Source: Nemertoderma westbladi (Eukaryota > Animalia > Xenacoelomorpha). Taken from it: a stretch of DNA of 64,000 nt. Positions 23,150-37,292 of this stretch are shown piece after piece. A program made the translations under genes and the position numbers. The stretch's first letter is position 1. Every line of letters begins with the position of its first letter. Where the stretch lies: the NCBI GenBank assembly GCA_032718475.1, contig JAUCBJ010002811.1, positions 50,993 to 114,992 on the forward strand, in the 5' to 3' direction. The notes beneath the pieces are model-generated. The model did not search any database. It saw nothing but the letters and a program-made list of their open reading frames with translations, and was not told the DNA's origin.

Positions 23150-25545
23150 CATACTTTCACAAGTGGACACCGCAGTTAATCTTCACTATTACAGTGATTA
23201 GTTGGTTTTTTTGGAAAGTCGTCCACAAGAGCTGGAGGGAAAGATATTATACATTTTGAAGATCTCCGATGACCGATAAGAACAACTTTACCCTTCTCCA
23301 GTGATGACTGCCTTATTGTGGCCAAGGTAAGAGTTAGTCTGCGTGATAGCAGAACAACGAAATCTGCCTTACCGCGGCATGACTGGTCCTTTCTGTTGAA
23401 ACAGCAAAGTGTGAGATCCAGCTTCACACTACAGCTGAGCAACAGGTATTAGGTTATTGCCTCTGAAGCGCAGATCACTGCGAAGACTATACTGCCTTCA
23501 CAGAAGCAGTTAAGTTAGCAGCTGCAGAAATAGTTCCTGTATACCCTCAAAACAGGAAAAGGGCTCCCTGGACTGATCACAAAATTCAGAAGTGCCAAAA
23601 TGACCTCTATAATGCGCAGAAAGAGCCCCGACTCAAACAGACTACAGCGGCCTAAAATGCAGTTAAGGCTGCACCTAGGTCCCTGAACAGGCAGGTCTCT
23701 GTTAATCGACAGGAGCTAATACACCCATCAGGTTGATGCTATCAATAATGCTGACGACAGCAGGCAATCTTCCCAGGCATGGAAATCGATCCACTTGCTT
23801 ACTGGGCGGAAAAGCCAACCAATCACCAAGGTTAAGGCAGAATCACCAGCCGATCGTCTCATTGGTTGGAAGGCCCACTTTGAAAAGCTCCTCAATAATG
23901 GCAGTGTATTTATTGCCTGATAACTTTATAAAAGTAAAAGTGTCTGAGTCTATACTCCCAAATATTCCCATTGGCGATATCTTCTTTGCAGAAGTGAAGG
24001 CTGCTGCAAAGAGCATTAAGACCAATCGTGCCAGTGGTGTAGATGGTGTCCCCCCTGAGGTCTTTAAAATACCTTAGTGTTTAAAGCTCATCTATCCCAT
24101 CATAATAGACATGTACAGAACAACAAGAGTCCCACAAGAAATGAAAACAATTAAGTTGGTGCCAGTTCCCAAGAAGGGCAACCTAACACTCTATGGTTAT
24201 TTTCAGGGAATCTCATTGATCTCAATTGCTGCAAAGCTATACAATATAATTCTATTAAATCGCATCAGGGATCCCATTGAGAGACTGCTTCGTGGAAACC
24301 AGAATGGGTTCCGTAAAGGTCGTGGGACCATGGAGCCCATTTTGGCACTTAGAAGGATAATTAAAGAGTTATCAAAAAAGAAAGACAGGCATCTGGCTGT
24401 TATCTTTATTGACTTCTTCAAGGTCTTTGATTCAGTCTCTCGCTCACGTATGTTCAGCATACTTTTATTATATGGGATTCCTGATGAAATTATTGCAGCA
24501 ATCAGATCAGTATACGGTGGTTCGACAACATTTGTGTCTACTGTTGATGGTGACACAGAACCATTTGAGGTGTTATGGGGAGTCCTCCAGGGAGACACAC
24601 TTACGCCATACTTGCTAATAATTGTGGTTGACTATATTCTTCGCATGTCCTTAGATCATCATAATGAAGATGGGTTGATGTTAACTCCACCTACTGGCTC
24701 CAGAAGTCGAGGAAATCCTGCCAAACACCCAACTGATCAGACTTTGCTGATGACTTAGGAATACTTTTAGAATTACTAGAGGAAGTCCAACGGCTCCTCG
24801 GCTCATTAGAACAGGATGCGTCTAGTGTTGGTCTTTTCATTAACTCCAAAAAAAAACAAAATTTTGACAATTCTCAGCAAGTCCTCAGCAAGTCCTCAGC
24901 AAGTCTTTGACCGGATGAGCATAAGCTCAAAGGATGTTATGCTTGAGCATGTGGACGACTTCTGTTACCTGGGGTCATGGATCCGGAAGTCAGGTAAGGA
25001 CCTTCGAATACGTAAGGGAAAGGCATGGGCAGCCTTGAATAGGCTTTCCAGGATTTGGAAGTCAACGAGAATTAATCGGAAACTTAAGGTCCGATTATTT
25101 AGAGCAGCAGTAGTTCCAGTGCTGGGCTCTAACTGCTGATGACACCAAATCTCTGGATGGCATATTCACAAGAATGCTACGCCGTGTTCATTGTCAAGTA
25201 CAAGGCAAACATCTCCAACCAGACACTATACAACATTGGAGGTGTCTCACTGGTTCCCCATGCTTGACGCTAGAACAAAGTCGCCTCCCCTTTGCAACAC
25301 ATTGCTTTTGCCGTGAGGACCAGCCAGTGTATGATCTTGAGCTTTGGCAGCCTCATGGAGTGAATAAGCATGGTGGACAGCCCAAGACTTTTTTGAGACG
25401 CATCTTAAATTACACTGGTCTTAAAGATGCGAATGATCTAGCAAATGTCATGGGTAACAGGGAGTTGTGGTGCCGCAAATTTGTTGACAAGACGGCACAG
25501 CATTCTTAAAAATGCAGATGCAATGCAGCATGCCGATCCTAGTAG
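23150..25545 (+). mobile_element. Degenerate RTE-clade LINE (end of endonuclease, RT, C-terminus)
   Basis: PVPKKGNL, NQNGFRKGRGT, FIDFFKVFDSV, GVLQGDTLTPYL, DFADDL (shifted frame), FCYLGSWI, KGKAWAALNRL. Confidence 0.85.
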
Positions 25546-26344
25546 TAATATGTCTATTCCGTATAATCCTGCATAGACCGCCGAATCGCCTAATCGCGTC
25601 CCATAATTGTTCCGAAGACTTTAAGTTGTCTTACAAACTGACCAGTTGGTCCAGTAATCAGAAAAAATACCATCTCAATTAGATTTTTCTGCTCTTCTCG
25701 TAGAGACATCCATTTGGCACCACTCAGCACATAAATTTTCAGAAATTGAATGCAATCCCCAAACTTCATCGCAATTACCAATATCGCGATATATCGGAGC
25801 CAGTATACTCCAGATATCTCGAAAACTAAGCAAGATATGGGAAAAAGGAAATCTGAAATTCTGCACCAGATAGGATACGTTTCAAAAATTCGACTTTTTG
25901 GTCAGAACATGCACTACACCCCCCCCCCCCCCCCCACCCCTTAATATGGCGCTATATCAAATGAAGATATATTTTTCAAAAGGGTATAGTTATAATACAA
26001 ATATCTTTTTAGGCAATATCATTTAGAAATTGGGAGGGGGTGGGGGGGGGGGGGGGGGGTGTCACTGAATTAAGACACTAGATTCGGCGTGTTGAACAAT
26101 TACAGGCCTACTGACAGTGGCGAATTCAAACTTTAAAGTTATACAACAAGTTAACTTAAATGTATGAAAGAGCATTCAAATTAAATTATGTAATGTAATA
26201 ATGTACTTGTGTTGTCGTTAAGATGGTGGTAGCTGTCACTGTACGGTCTGTTACAATTAATTGTTAAATAAAATATGGATTTTGCCACATGAGATGTTTT
26301 GCAAGCTCATAGCAGAGTAACTCATACCGTCACTGTAATTCATT

Positions 26345-26555
26345 CAGATAGTGGCGCATTTTGACCGCAAGCGAAAATCGTGACATTTAGCGCAAATTGA
26401 CCGCAAGTAAAATAATGTATAGTTTATTGTTTTGGTTAGAATATACTGCCACTGTAACCTGCTCCTTTCCCTTAATGTATTTATTTAAATTAAATTAATT
26501 TTTCAAACCCACTAAAATTTATTTTGTGTTTGCGGTCAATCCGCGCCATTGACTC
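26345..26555. mobile_element. MITE with ~30-bp imperfect TIRs and 8-bp TSD
   Basis: GTGGCGCATTTTGACCGCAAG versus TTTGCGGTCAATCCGCGCCAT; AATTCATT at 26337-26344 and 26556-26563. Confidence 0.65.
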
Positions 26556-27128
26556 AATTCATTAGTAGCTCGGTTTCACTACTGTAAGTATCGAGGACAC
26601 AGCAATAAACATAATGACAATCAACAATTAATTACATTAGTTAATGCGTAAATAATTTACAATTATCTTTGTACAATAGCATCGAAAAATATGATAATAT
26701 TGTTTATAAGAATAATAAATGATGACGTGATAGTTAGGGTTGAGTGAACAAACTTTTTCTTTAAAATTTTATAACTTTTCTTTAAAGTTTGAAAACTATG
26801 GCGGAGGATTATTTAAACAAATTTGAGTAAAAAACTTGAAAAGTTTTTTGGCCTTCTTGGCAAAAACAGACCATAATCATAGTAACCGGTAACCTTCCAA
26901 AATGTAACTTTTTAATCAGATCGATCTTAAAACTCCGCGAACAGGGGGCGGTATTCATAAATCTAACTAACTAGGAACTTAGTCCTAGTCACAGCCAGTT
27001 AGTAAGTGCTTGTACTAATTCGGTATTCAGAGAAGTTGGTGCTACTTATTACTAACGTAATTAGTAGTAGTTCGTGCTAAACTGGTATTCATAGAATTTA
27101 GTCTTACGTAAGTTAATATTATCTGTAA

Positions 27129-27336
27129 GGCCGCGTTCACACTACCGAGTCAAAGTCAGAGTCAAAATAAATATAGTTAGCAATAATATATAATAATACA
27201 TTATATAGGCCTAATATAATACATAAGGGCATTCTAGAAAAAATTCATTGTCATGTGTATGTGTATTTGTTGTATTTGTTGTAGTATGTGTTTTAAATTT
27301 TGTATTTTGACTTTGACTCGGTAGTGTGAACGCGGC
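27129..27336. mobile_element. Harbinger/Tourist-type MITE
   Basis: TIR GGCCGCGTTCACACTACCGAGTCAAAGTCA; TAA TSD on both sides. Confidence 0.92.
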
Positions 27337-27559
27337 CTAACTTAAATTTCTAGTCACATGAAGATGTGACTAAGTAGGTAAGAATGATTACAAATTCTAT
27401 ATTGGCCTTCATACAAACAGTATTTTTATTGAGACTCCGACCACATTATACATTCTCTTGTTTTTCTATTCTTCTGTGTCCGTTGCAAATGTGTTGCAGA
27501 GAAATTGTCAGATATCTAAAAACGTAAAAGCTTGTTGTTTTTTAAACAACCATCCGCCG

Positions 27560-27680
27560 TAATGTTTCCCCATTTCAGACTGCATTCTTTGAATGGTGCG
27601 ATTGCACCTCAGAACTCAGCAATTCAGAGGATGGCTGACTTCCAAGCATCTTTATTCATTCATTTGAACACGAACGAATT
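27560..27680 (-). pseudogene. Myb/SANT-like DNA-binding domain relic (Harbinger second ORF)
   Basis: Minus-strand NKDAWKS...NRT/KECSLKWGNI across a frameshift. Confidence 0.45.
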
Positions 27681-27836
27681 CTACCATAATCGTGTCAGAA
27701 CTGTCAATAATGAATGAGCATAAATTCCGCAATATTCTCCGATCCAATTGGAAAATCTATCACCAAAAATTCCATATTTGTAACCATTCTGCTGCATATA
27801 ATCGAGGCATATGTGCTCAAATGGGTACTGCGGTGT

Positions 27837-30800
27837 CATGGGAGTAACGGGTGGAAGATTGGAGTGTGATGAGCATTGCGGTTACATGTGACACAATGAT
27901 CACGAACTCTGAGTCCTTTGTGATACCTGGCCAAAAGACACTGTGTTCTGCTCGAAGAATCATGCCTGTAATGCCCTGATGAGCAGAATGCAAGATCTTG
28001 AATGTAACCTCATGTAAGATGTAGGGACTCCATCAATAACCGACAGGTTGTTCTTTAGTCGGAGATACTCAGTAAGTTCAATTAAAGGCTGTTCCTCCAT
28101 ATAATCTTGGAACTCACTGGTAATATTAATCACCAGTGAGTTCCAAGATTATATGAGTCTTTAGGTGATTGGATCATCAGTACAAGCCTGTTTGACCTTA
28201 CCCCAGGTAAATGCTTGGACATCTGAATATAATGCAGCCAGAATCTCATATTCACTGTCAATAATTGTATTACAATGTGGTGAATTGATGTTGCTAATAA
28301 TAAAGCATTCAGCATTCAGCAACTTGGGACAACCAAGAGTGAAGTGGCAAGTATTATGTAGACCATCTGCGACACCAAGAAGTTCTTCACCTTCAACTGA
28401 GTTTTGAATTGAATTGTCCTTCAATTGTTCTGTTTAGCAGCTGAAGTGGATCTAGAAACCACCATGCAGACTCGCCATCATCCAATACAGCCCAGACCAT
28501 CCAGGTTATATTTTGTGGCACTTACAGTATTTCTGGATGAGCATATAGCCAATTCCCGTTTTACACCAATCAGGCATCAGTGCATTCCATCTATCAGGTT
28601 CGTACGACTTGATACCATGTACGATGATCTTCTTTGATATAATTTGTCTTGTTTCCTCAAACAATTGCTGAAGGTGGTCATCCTAATAGAATCTCTGATT
28701 TTTGCTGACAGTTGTGGTTGGGTGGCATAAAATGGTGATACCTGATTTACTAATGCAAAATAGCTACAGTGATCAGTTAGACTGCGTGGTGATGGAAAGA
28801 TCTGAATGGCATTGATATGTGCTGGCAGAGGTTCTATAGTCGTTGGAGTTATACGGAATCCAGCCCAATCCACAGCATCTTCTCCAAAGTGAAATTTGTC
28901 TGCATTCAATTTGATACCATTCTTGCCCACTAATGTCAAATAAGAAGCAAACCTGATAGAAGGCTTCTGTTAGATTTTCAGCCCACTGAATTGTATTATC
29001 AACCACCCGTTTGGTATTTTTCAGTCCTGATGTCACTTTATCATATCTATGGGTGTAGGCATCACAAGATGCCATGTACCCTTGGGGGGCTGTTTGATAT
29101 CTAAGACGGCCCGAGGGTGTTATGAATGTAGTTAAGTGAAGATCTTGTTCTCTAATAGCTACTGAATGGTATCCATTCCAAGCATCAAGCGTTGGTTTTT
29201 TTAGTGTTTTTGGGGATTGTCAATGCTTGAAGAAATGGAGGTGTAGTTGGGTGGCTCGGCCTCAAGCTTGCCTGATTCAATGACTGGATATCAATAGTTC
29301 GTCTTGGGTCTAAATTATGCTATCGAGACACAACCATTCGTGGCACCAGGTCACCTCTTGATTTATAGGATCCCATTCCAACACTCCAAGGCCAACCTCG
29401 CGTTCAATGTCTTCAAGCATTTTTTTTCTCCCAGTGTATAGGGACAGTGGCTGTGAAATGAACTGCAGTGGGTGTACAATCAGGCTTGAGCTTGAATTCT
29501 AGAGGAGGCTCATGAAATAATGGGAGAGACTGGTGTTCGCAGTTATTGAACGTTGAACCTGAACATAATTTTTTGAGAAATTGCTCTAATGCTTTCCTGT
29601 TTTGAGTTGTTGCAAGAAATGGAAAAGTTGGGGGCATGGGTGGTGTTGTCCTTTTCAACTACACTAAATCAGAGTTACCATTCTGTGGGTCATTATCCTG
29701 TAGACTCGAATAGTAGGCTGTAGGTTCTAATTTGTAAGAATGTAGCAGGAATACTGCCCAATTAAATCAGTCCATCTTTACTAACAAAGAGATTTCTTAA
29801 CTCATATGCAAAATATACCAACTGTCTGGTGTGTACTGATGGGTTAGATGGTGATGAAAGTACAAGGGGTAATGCACCAAGGACCGCAATTTGGTGACCA
29901 TTAGCTGTAGAGTTTAACATTTGTTGGTATCAAGGACACTGGTTTGACATGCAATTTATTTAATAACTGAGTCTCTGAAGAGCAAATTGTCGCACCAGTA
30001 GTGTCGACTATGCTAAGTACATTAGCAGCAGCTATGACACCAATCTGGGAGATTTGACCAGTAGGGTGGAGTTGCTTGTAGCTGCCTAAATCGTCTGCTA
30101 CATGTAACGTTAGCTTGGATATTTGAGGTGAACTTTGAACATTCCACATTTGCTCAAGAGGGTCATATTGTAGGTGACCAAGTACTTTTTCATAAATCAA
30201 TGTGAAGAAATGTGCAGAAATTTCATTTATGGACCCATCACTATCCTTCTTAATTGGCATCTTTGCCTTGCAAACCTTAGCAGAATTATTTTTCTTTCCA
30301 CATTTTGTGCACACTTTACCAACTGCAGGGCAACTCTTTTCTCATACTGCTATACTCTAGCCAGAACCATGCATATTGCCTCCACAATGCCCAAATTTCC
30401 ACAATGCACAATGCAAAATTCCACAATGCAAACCACATTTATGTGGTTTGAAGGGGAATAGACTTAATCTTTGTCTCATCACGTTTGTTCTATTTGTAAG
30501 TAGATAAAACAGAGATAATAGACATACGTCAATCTCATATAGCAGCTTGACTCCACTTGCCACTCTCTTTGGTTTCAAAGAAACTCTCTGCATCCGGTAG
30601 TGTTATTGTCTCCTTGGCAAGCAATTCCAGTTGAATTTCTTCATCCGATCAAAGATCAACTGGTGTAGGACCATTTCATCTGTGTAGTCCACTTCTGCTC
30701 CACAATTCCGTTGTTTGCAGCATACTCGAAAGGTGCAACTACGAGCTGTTGCCCGTAGATCGGCGACGTAAGTCTGGACAGGTTGGTCGCGGCCTTGGTA

Positions 30801-30890
30801 TATTCTGCCGTCTGGGTGTGGCTACTAATCTATTACGTGTCTTGACCACCATTTTCTTTAAACTATTGAACAACTCGTCTTCGGTTAGAC
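27837..30890 (-). mobile_element. Degenerate Ty3/Gypsy internal region (gag, protease, RT, RNase H, start of integrase); LTRs not found
   Basis: CTKCGKKN, IVDTTGATIC, LDAWNGYHSV, TTFITP.GR.RY..APQGY.AS.DAY, RVVDN, LHSAHQG...VFWPGI. Confidence 0.85.
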
Positions 30891-31058
30891 TAGAAACAGC
30901 CTCACCAAAATTTCAGAATAGCAATTTTGCTATGTCCTCATCCAAACACTGGAGGAGGTATTGTTGTGTCTCACTAGTAATATTAGCTAATTGTTTATAT
31001 TGGTTATATAGATGTGTAAAGAAAATAAAATTTTCTTCAATAACATGTTCATACGTTA

Positions 31059-31587
31059 GGCCCCCCTCACACGGAGCAACTTGTTTCTGCAACTTGTTTC
31101 TGAAACTTGTTGCTGGACCCCCTCACACACAGAAACTTGTTGCTGCAACTTGTTTCCGAAACTTGTTTCTGTGTGTGAGGACTCCAGCAACAAGTTTCTG
31201 CAACTTGTTTCCGCAACTTATTTCTGTGTGTGAGGGGGTCCAGCAACAAGTTGCTGGAAATTATATTCCCAGCAACTTTTTTAAAAACCTTTTTTACATC
31301 CAATTTTTATATTATAGCTAATATTCGATAAGTTCAGCGATTTGATATTACATATAAATGAGTGGACATGTTAGCTATTTGTTTTGAAATAATTGTTATT
31401 TTCTTGAGCAACAAGTTTCTGTGTGTGAGGGGGTCCAGCAACAAGTTGCTGAAACAAGTTTCGGAAACAAGTTGCAGAAACAAGTTGCAGCAACTTGTTT
31501 CTGTGTGTGAGGGGGTCCAGCAACAAGTTTCAGAAACAAGTTTCAGAAACAAGTTGCAGAAACAAGTTACTCCGTGTGAGGGGGGCC
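31059..31587. mobile_element. Harbinger/Tourist-type MITE with (AACTTGTTTC)-like internal repeats
   Basis: TIR GGCCCCCCTCACACGGAG(C/T)AACTTGTTTCTGCAACTTG; TTA TSD. Confidence 0.92.
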
Positions 31588-33329
31588 TTAGAGGTAAGGT
31601 TGGTCATTTTTGTTTTTAAGGACGGTTATTAGAAACTGGTGTTGTCCTTGGATTACCAGAATGAAATTACATGAATGGGTCCTACGAATCAGTGGTGCAG
31701 CTACAGGCTGTGGGGGCGCCACTGATTCGTAGTAGCCATATCTTTTGAAAAAACGTAGCATCAGCATTCTCATTGTAGCTGGTGATTTTTATTAAATATG
31801 TGATACAAAGATAACATAGAATAAAAATTAACAAAATTAACAAATTAGCTAGTTGTTTTGTTTTTTTTTGTTCTAGAACAGATAATATTTGTTCTAAAAC
31901 AAAATTTTTATATTAAATAAATTGATAATATGTTCTAGAACATTTTTTTTTAAAAAGGAAACAAAAACTAGCTAGTTTAAAAAATTTACCGTATACAAAG
32001 ATAACATACAATAAAAAATGAAAAAGATAAACAAAATAGCTAGTTTTTTTATATTTTTTGTTCTGGAACAAAAAATAAGAACAAAATTTTTATATTAAAT
32101 GAATAGATTATATGTTCTAGAACATTTTTAAAAAAAGTAACAAAAACTAGCTAGAATAAAAAATTTGATGGGGGGTGTGCACAAAGCACACTAGTACCTC
32201 TAATGTCTCCGAGTACCGCCGCTAATCTGCACTCCGGCATTGTACCCTGTCTCCCAACAACAGTTTCCTCCAGGAGTCTTATGAAGACTTCTGCTTCATG
32301 CCACCAGACCCCATCTGATGTTCCTGCGAGTGGTGTAAGTGACATCCTGCAGTCATCAATCACACACTGTCCGGTAAGCATATTTCCAATTGGGGTGTCG
32401 TTTCAGCCTATGGAAGTATTTCTGGGCTCCTAATTGGCTGTTCCTTCAAAACGTTTTCCTCATTGGCTAAGACTCTCCCATAGCCAAAAGGTGTGTCGGT
32501 ACAGCCTAATTGCCAAAAGGGATGTCGCTTGGGAAAACTGACTGAAGTACCGTTACTGCTGTAGTGACAGATAAAAATAATATTCAAAGCTCAAGCTCCA
32601 GACAGCCTGAGCTCATCATTATCTTCCTACAAATAACTACACACTATAAATTTCTCTCTCTTTCTCAATAATTGATAGCTTATAATATTTAGAGTCCTAT
32701 ATCTGTTTCATTATTAAAGCGCAATTATTAGTCGCCCTTGTGATAGGCAATGCTACTTCCTCCATCCTACAGGAGGAATTCTGCACCCTCTACAATGCAC
32801 TCTATGAAGTAAATATATGTTATATGTTATTATAGGCCTATTATATGTTTATTATGTTATACAGGTATGTTATTATTATAATATTTGTCATTTTTGCATA
32901 GATTTTATTATTTATTTATTATTTCTATTTTTTACCTTTATTATTTCTGTCTTATAACCTGTACAGTACATATTAGTGGGGTCGCTTAAGGTGAAAATCG
33001 TTAATTACCGGACAAAAGCATGAAAATGTTACTATATACAGTATGTAAAAAAATGTGTAGATTAATCTGAGCCTGGGTACCAAAAAAATTGACTACTTCC
33101 CTAGCAACAGGGTGACTTTTTCATAGCAACCGGGTAAAATTTGTCATTTCTGTTATTGAAACTCACCATGTACAAAAATTACGAATATATAACTGGGTTA
33201 GTTTATTATATAAGTCTGTACACGTTTCCATAGCAACAAGGATACCTTTACCTAGCAACCGCTCTATATTTAATGGAATTATGATTGAAACTTGGGATAA
33301 TCAACCTGACTAGCAATAGAAGATGGTTA

Positions 33330-33836
33330 GTGGGGCGAGCCACGAAGTTGGCGGAGCCTTAGCGAATTGACACTGTTAGGGGGTGGGTCAATTTATGCAA
33401 ATAGTTGTCGTCGTCGTCGTCGTCGTTGTCGTTGTCGTCGTCGTCGTCGTTGTCGTCGTTACGATTTTGACATGCTAATAACTTTGTCGGATTTAAAGCT
33501 GCCAAGTTGAAAATTTGTAGGTATCAATATGAGCAAAAGTTGAGATTTTTGAGAGACTTTCAGACACCATCAGTGCAATGGTCTCCCGCTAGAGGGCCAC
33601 ATGTCTAAACATTAAATGCCCTCCCATTTCTTTGCTTTTAATCCGTTTAAGCTGAAACTTGGCAGATATGTATTAGACCATTAGCTGTGACTTTCAAAGG
33701 AGGCGAATCCATCTGCAGTTCTCCAGTCTGCCGCTAGAGGGCCAACGTGACTATTTGCATAAATTGACCTACCCCCTAACAGTGTCAATTCGCTAAGGCT
33801 CTGCCAACTTCGTGCTGCGCGAAGTCCCCACTTCGT
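33330..33836 (+). mobile_element. Helentron-associated (DINE-1/HINE-like) non-autonomous element with (GTC)n microsatellite
   Basis: Starts GTGGGGCGAGCCACGAAGT, ends CGTGCTGCGCGAAGTCCCCAC; subterminal inverted repeats; the opposite Academ TIR (~36225-36250) shows the empty site. Confidence 0.65.
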
Positions 33837-34094
33837 GTAATGACATATGCGCTGATACACGTTTCCTTAGCAACAGGGTGACCTTTCCCTAGCAACCGCT
33901 GTATATTTAATGAAATTATGATTGAAACTTGGGATAATCAATCTGTCTAGCAATATAAAATTTTTAGTAATAACATTGGCGCTGATGGCCGGTGGGGGGG
34001 GGGGGGGGGCAGGGAACAGCTAGTGTAACCGAGGGTTGACGGATCGGGCCCCCTATCCCGGGAGGGGGCAGGGGATATAAGATCAATAACAACA

Positions 34095-34376
34095 GAAAGT
34101 GCAAGTGCATAATTCTGTGCATTTAAACTCAGCATTCCCACACTTGCAGTTTGTGCAATTGCGGTATTTGCATGCGCATTAATGAGTTTGTGGCACATCG
34201 TCGCAGCGACTGGCAGTGAACTCCAGACAGGATTCCATTGAGTATTAAATACCCAACCGAAATCTGCTGGTGAAGGGAGTATCGGTATGTCCTGTGTGCA
34301 GACTGCCCAAACGATGGCTTGATATGTAGCCCGCATCACATGTTGGTAAAGGGCGTGTTGAGTTGGTGGCAAGCGA
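34095..34376 (-). pseudogene. C-terminus of an AcademX-type transposase (LPPT...GW...Cys8 finger)
   Basis: LPPTQHALYQHVMRATYQAIVW...LPSPADFGW...PVW, then a frameshifted CACKYRNCTNCKC...KCTELCTC. Confidence 0.7.
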
Positions 34377-34756
34377 CCTAGCTAGCTAATTAATAATGTT
34401 AACAAAAAAAAATTTATTTTCAAAAAATGCTAGCTAGTAAAAAGACGCTAGCTGCTATTAAAAAAAATATCTACTAAGGTTCTAGGCCTACAACATGAGG
34501 GTGTCGACAGGGCGAAGTAGTGCCAAAAAATATTTACAAACCACAAACCAAAACAAAAGTTACATAATGTGAATTCCGAGGGAATAAGCAATAGCCAGCT
34601 CACTATAGTACCATGATGTACTATTCTGTATCATAATTCTAATTCTAAAATCGCAAAATGACTGTTATATTTCACTCTGATGATTGACCATTTTCCTACA
34701 CTAATAACATAATAACAATTAATAGCTACCGGTAGTATTGGTATTATATTTATCTA

Positions 34757-35490
34757 GGCTAGAGTTTCGCCCGTCACAACATTTTCATTTTTCTCTAAAA
34801 TGTGTTTAGTTTACTAGCTACTGTACTACTTTTTAATGTTAGTGTGAAGTATTCTAGGATATTTCGAATTATTTTTTGTTGATTAATGTTCTAGAACATA
34901 TTATTTTTTGTTCTAGAACATTTTTAAAAAATTACATTTCTTTTTTTTTTTAACTTTTTTTGTATAATAATTAACATACATATACAGTTATTTTGATGTA
35001 CTCATGTAATAATTTATAATTATAGCTAGTAATTTATATCTATAGTTATAATTTTTAATTTGGTTTCTGTGTAGTATATACTTAGTATATACGTAGTTTT
35101 ATTTATTCTAAAAATTTATATTGTTCTTTAATAGAGTGTATAATTTCCATGAAGGCGTTATTTCCTTCCTTACTCATCTGACGTCGCCAGATAGGCGTAA
35201 AGACCTTTCTAGAACATTTAATAAATGTTCTAGAACTTTTATCAATTAAAACAACAGGCCAAATAACATAAAAAGTAATACAATTTAACAAATTTTTAAT
35301 AATATTTTTTTAAAGGAAAATTATTTTCTAGAAAATTCATAATTAAAATGTTCTAGAACTTTTTTCAATGTTCTAGAACACTCAATATAAGTTCTAGAAA
35401 ATGTATCAAGGAAAAAAAAACTGACAAAAAAAGCATAAAAATTTATCGAAAAATTACAACGAAAATGCTGTGACGGGCGGAACTGTTCCC
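34757..35490. mobile_element. Non-autonomous TIR element with 8-bp TSD (Merlin/MULE-like), rich in TTCTAGAA
   Basis: AGTTTCGCCCGTCACAACATTTTC versus GAAAATGCTGTGACGGGCGGAACT; TTTATCTA at 34749-34756 and 35491-35498. Confidence 0.7.
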
Positions 35491-35865
35491 TTTATCTATG
35501 TTTGTTTTCATTTTATGCGAAACATTCTAGAACGATTTCAGTTATTGCCAAGGATATCTTGTTCCTATGGCCTCCTTTCAGTACATGACGATGTTCTAAA
35601 ACGGTAATACATCTGGGCCTGGCAAGTAAAATAGTAAAAAAAATTTGAAGTTGGAAGTAGTTCTTACAGATTTTTTTAGAGAAATATATCCATATTGTAT
35701 TATTATGGGGTCAGCTCCGCCCGTGGCTATATTTTTGGATTTTTAACTGTACTTTTACACTGTAGTTTTATAAACACAAATTATTCCCATAAAGTGAAAT
35801 TTTTTTATGGAAACTTGTATCAATCAGCTCTAATATAACTACTAACATTCTTATATTCGCCCGCC

Positions 35866-36107
35866 GCCGCATGTGAAGAATACCAGGATTTAACTTTGCG
35901 GTCGACTTTTTATTGGAATTTTATATATGAAGATTTTTATTACTTTTTTTTTCTTGTATCCTGTGGTTTTGATGAAAACCTGGTATTCTTCACATGGGGG
36001 TATCTGCAAAAGTGAAATATAACGGCAGAAAGTCTGGTATTCTTCATTGGGAGTAACTGAAAAGTGAAATATAACAGCAGAAAGTCTGGTATTCTTCACA
36101 TGGGCCC
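35866..36107. mobile_element. Small MITE with repeated CTGGTATTCTTCA units (related fragment at 37120-37188)
   Basis: CATGTGAAGAATACCAG versus CTGGTATTCTTCACATG; three tandem units. Confidence 0.55.
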
Positions 36108-37292
36108 TTATATTGCTATACAGGTTGATTATCCCAACATGATCCCAAGTTTCAATTAGAATTGCAGGCAGTTGCTAGGGAAAGGTCACCTTGTTGCTAA
36201 GGAAACGTGTATCAGCGCCGATGTCACTAATAACCATCTTCTATTGCTAGCCAGCTTGTTTATCCAACTTTCAATCATAATTACATTAAATATACAACGG
36301 TTGTTAGAGAAATGTCATCTTGTTGCTATGGAAAGGTGTACTCGACTTATATTTTTAAACCAACCCAGTAATATAATCGTAATTTTTGTATATAGCGGGG
36401 TTTAAATAACAGAAACGACTAATTTAACCCAGTTGCTATGAAAAAGTCACCCTGTTGCTAGGGAAGTAGTCATTTTTTTTAGTACACAGGCTCAGATTAA
36501 TCTACACTTTTTTTTTACATATATAGTCACATTTTCATGCTTTTGTCCGGCAATTAACGATTTTGCTATATTTCAGCCTTAAGCGACCCCACTACATTTA
36601 ACCCAGTAAAACCTCGTAACGCATGGGATGGCGCATATTTCACGCATTCGTAACGCATTCTTAAATGTTACATAAATGAACCATGCGATACGAATGCGAA
36701 AACCGAACCAAATACGCATCCTTTATTCGCATATCAAATGTTATACGAACCTTATTCGAATCCCGCACATTCTACGTATGTGTCCCTAATCTTATACGAA
36801 TGTTTCCCGCATTTTATATACGAATGCGTTCCGAATATTTTACGAATGTTTCCTGCAGAATTGTTAATTTTTTATTATTTCGCTACACTGTAAACCGATT
36901 AAAAAAGTGTCAATTTTATTTTATATTATTTTTAAATATAATATTGATATTCCGAATATGTATGCATGTCATAAAATGAATGCCTTTGATGTATTTTGAA
37001 TGTAGGATTTTTTTACCACTAATAAGTGTAGGGCCTACTGTATCAGTTACCGGTAATTAACTGCTGCAGTGTATATCAGTAGAATTTTTAATGGCGTGTT
37101 ATAGCGAATTAAGCAAATAATTCTTCACATGGGGGTAACTGCAAAGGGAAATATAACGACAGAAAGTCTGGTATTCTTCACCTGGGCCAGTAGTATCACA
37201 CTATCTGTTAATTAACTAAACCCAATAAGTGGTGTGGTAACAAATAACACCAGACATTATAGTGAATATGACAAAATAATTGTGGTTTACCT

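Larger units (their letters stand above)
32974..36594 (-). mobile_element. Academ-like DNA transposon, internally deleted, with long TIRs
   Basis: Termini TAGTGGGGTCGCTTAAGG / CCTTAAGCGACCCCACTA, TIRs of ~400 bp, flanks TAT/CAT, contains an XPG-tail/Cys-rich transposase C-terminus. Confidence 0.75.

Noticed and set aside
25915-26060. Poly-C and poly-G tracts as a functional hairpin or G-quadruplex
   Set aside because: Similar homopolymer runs occur in several TE relics here (~12900, ~33995, ~38695); nothing supports function
30749-31773. Cluster of ORFs on both strands
   Set aside because: Produced by stop-poor MITE repeats and the antisense of the Gypsy gag
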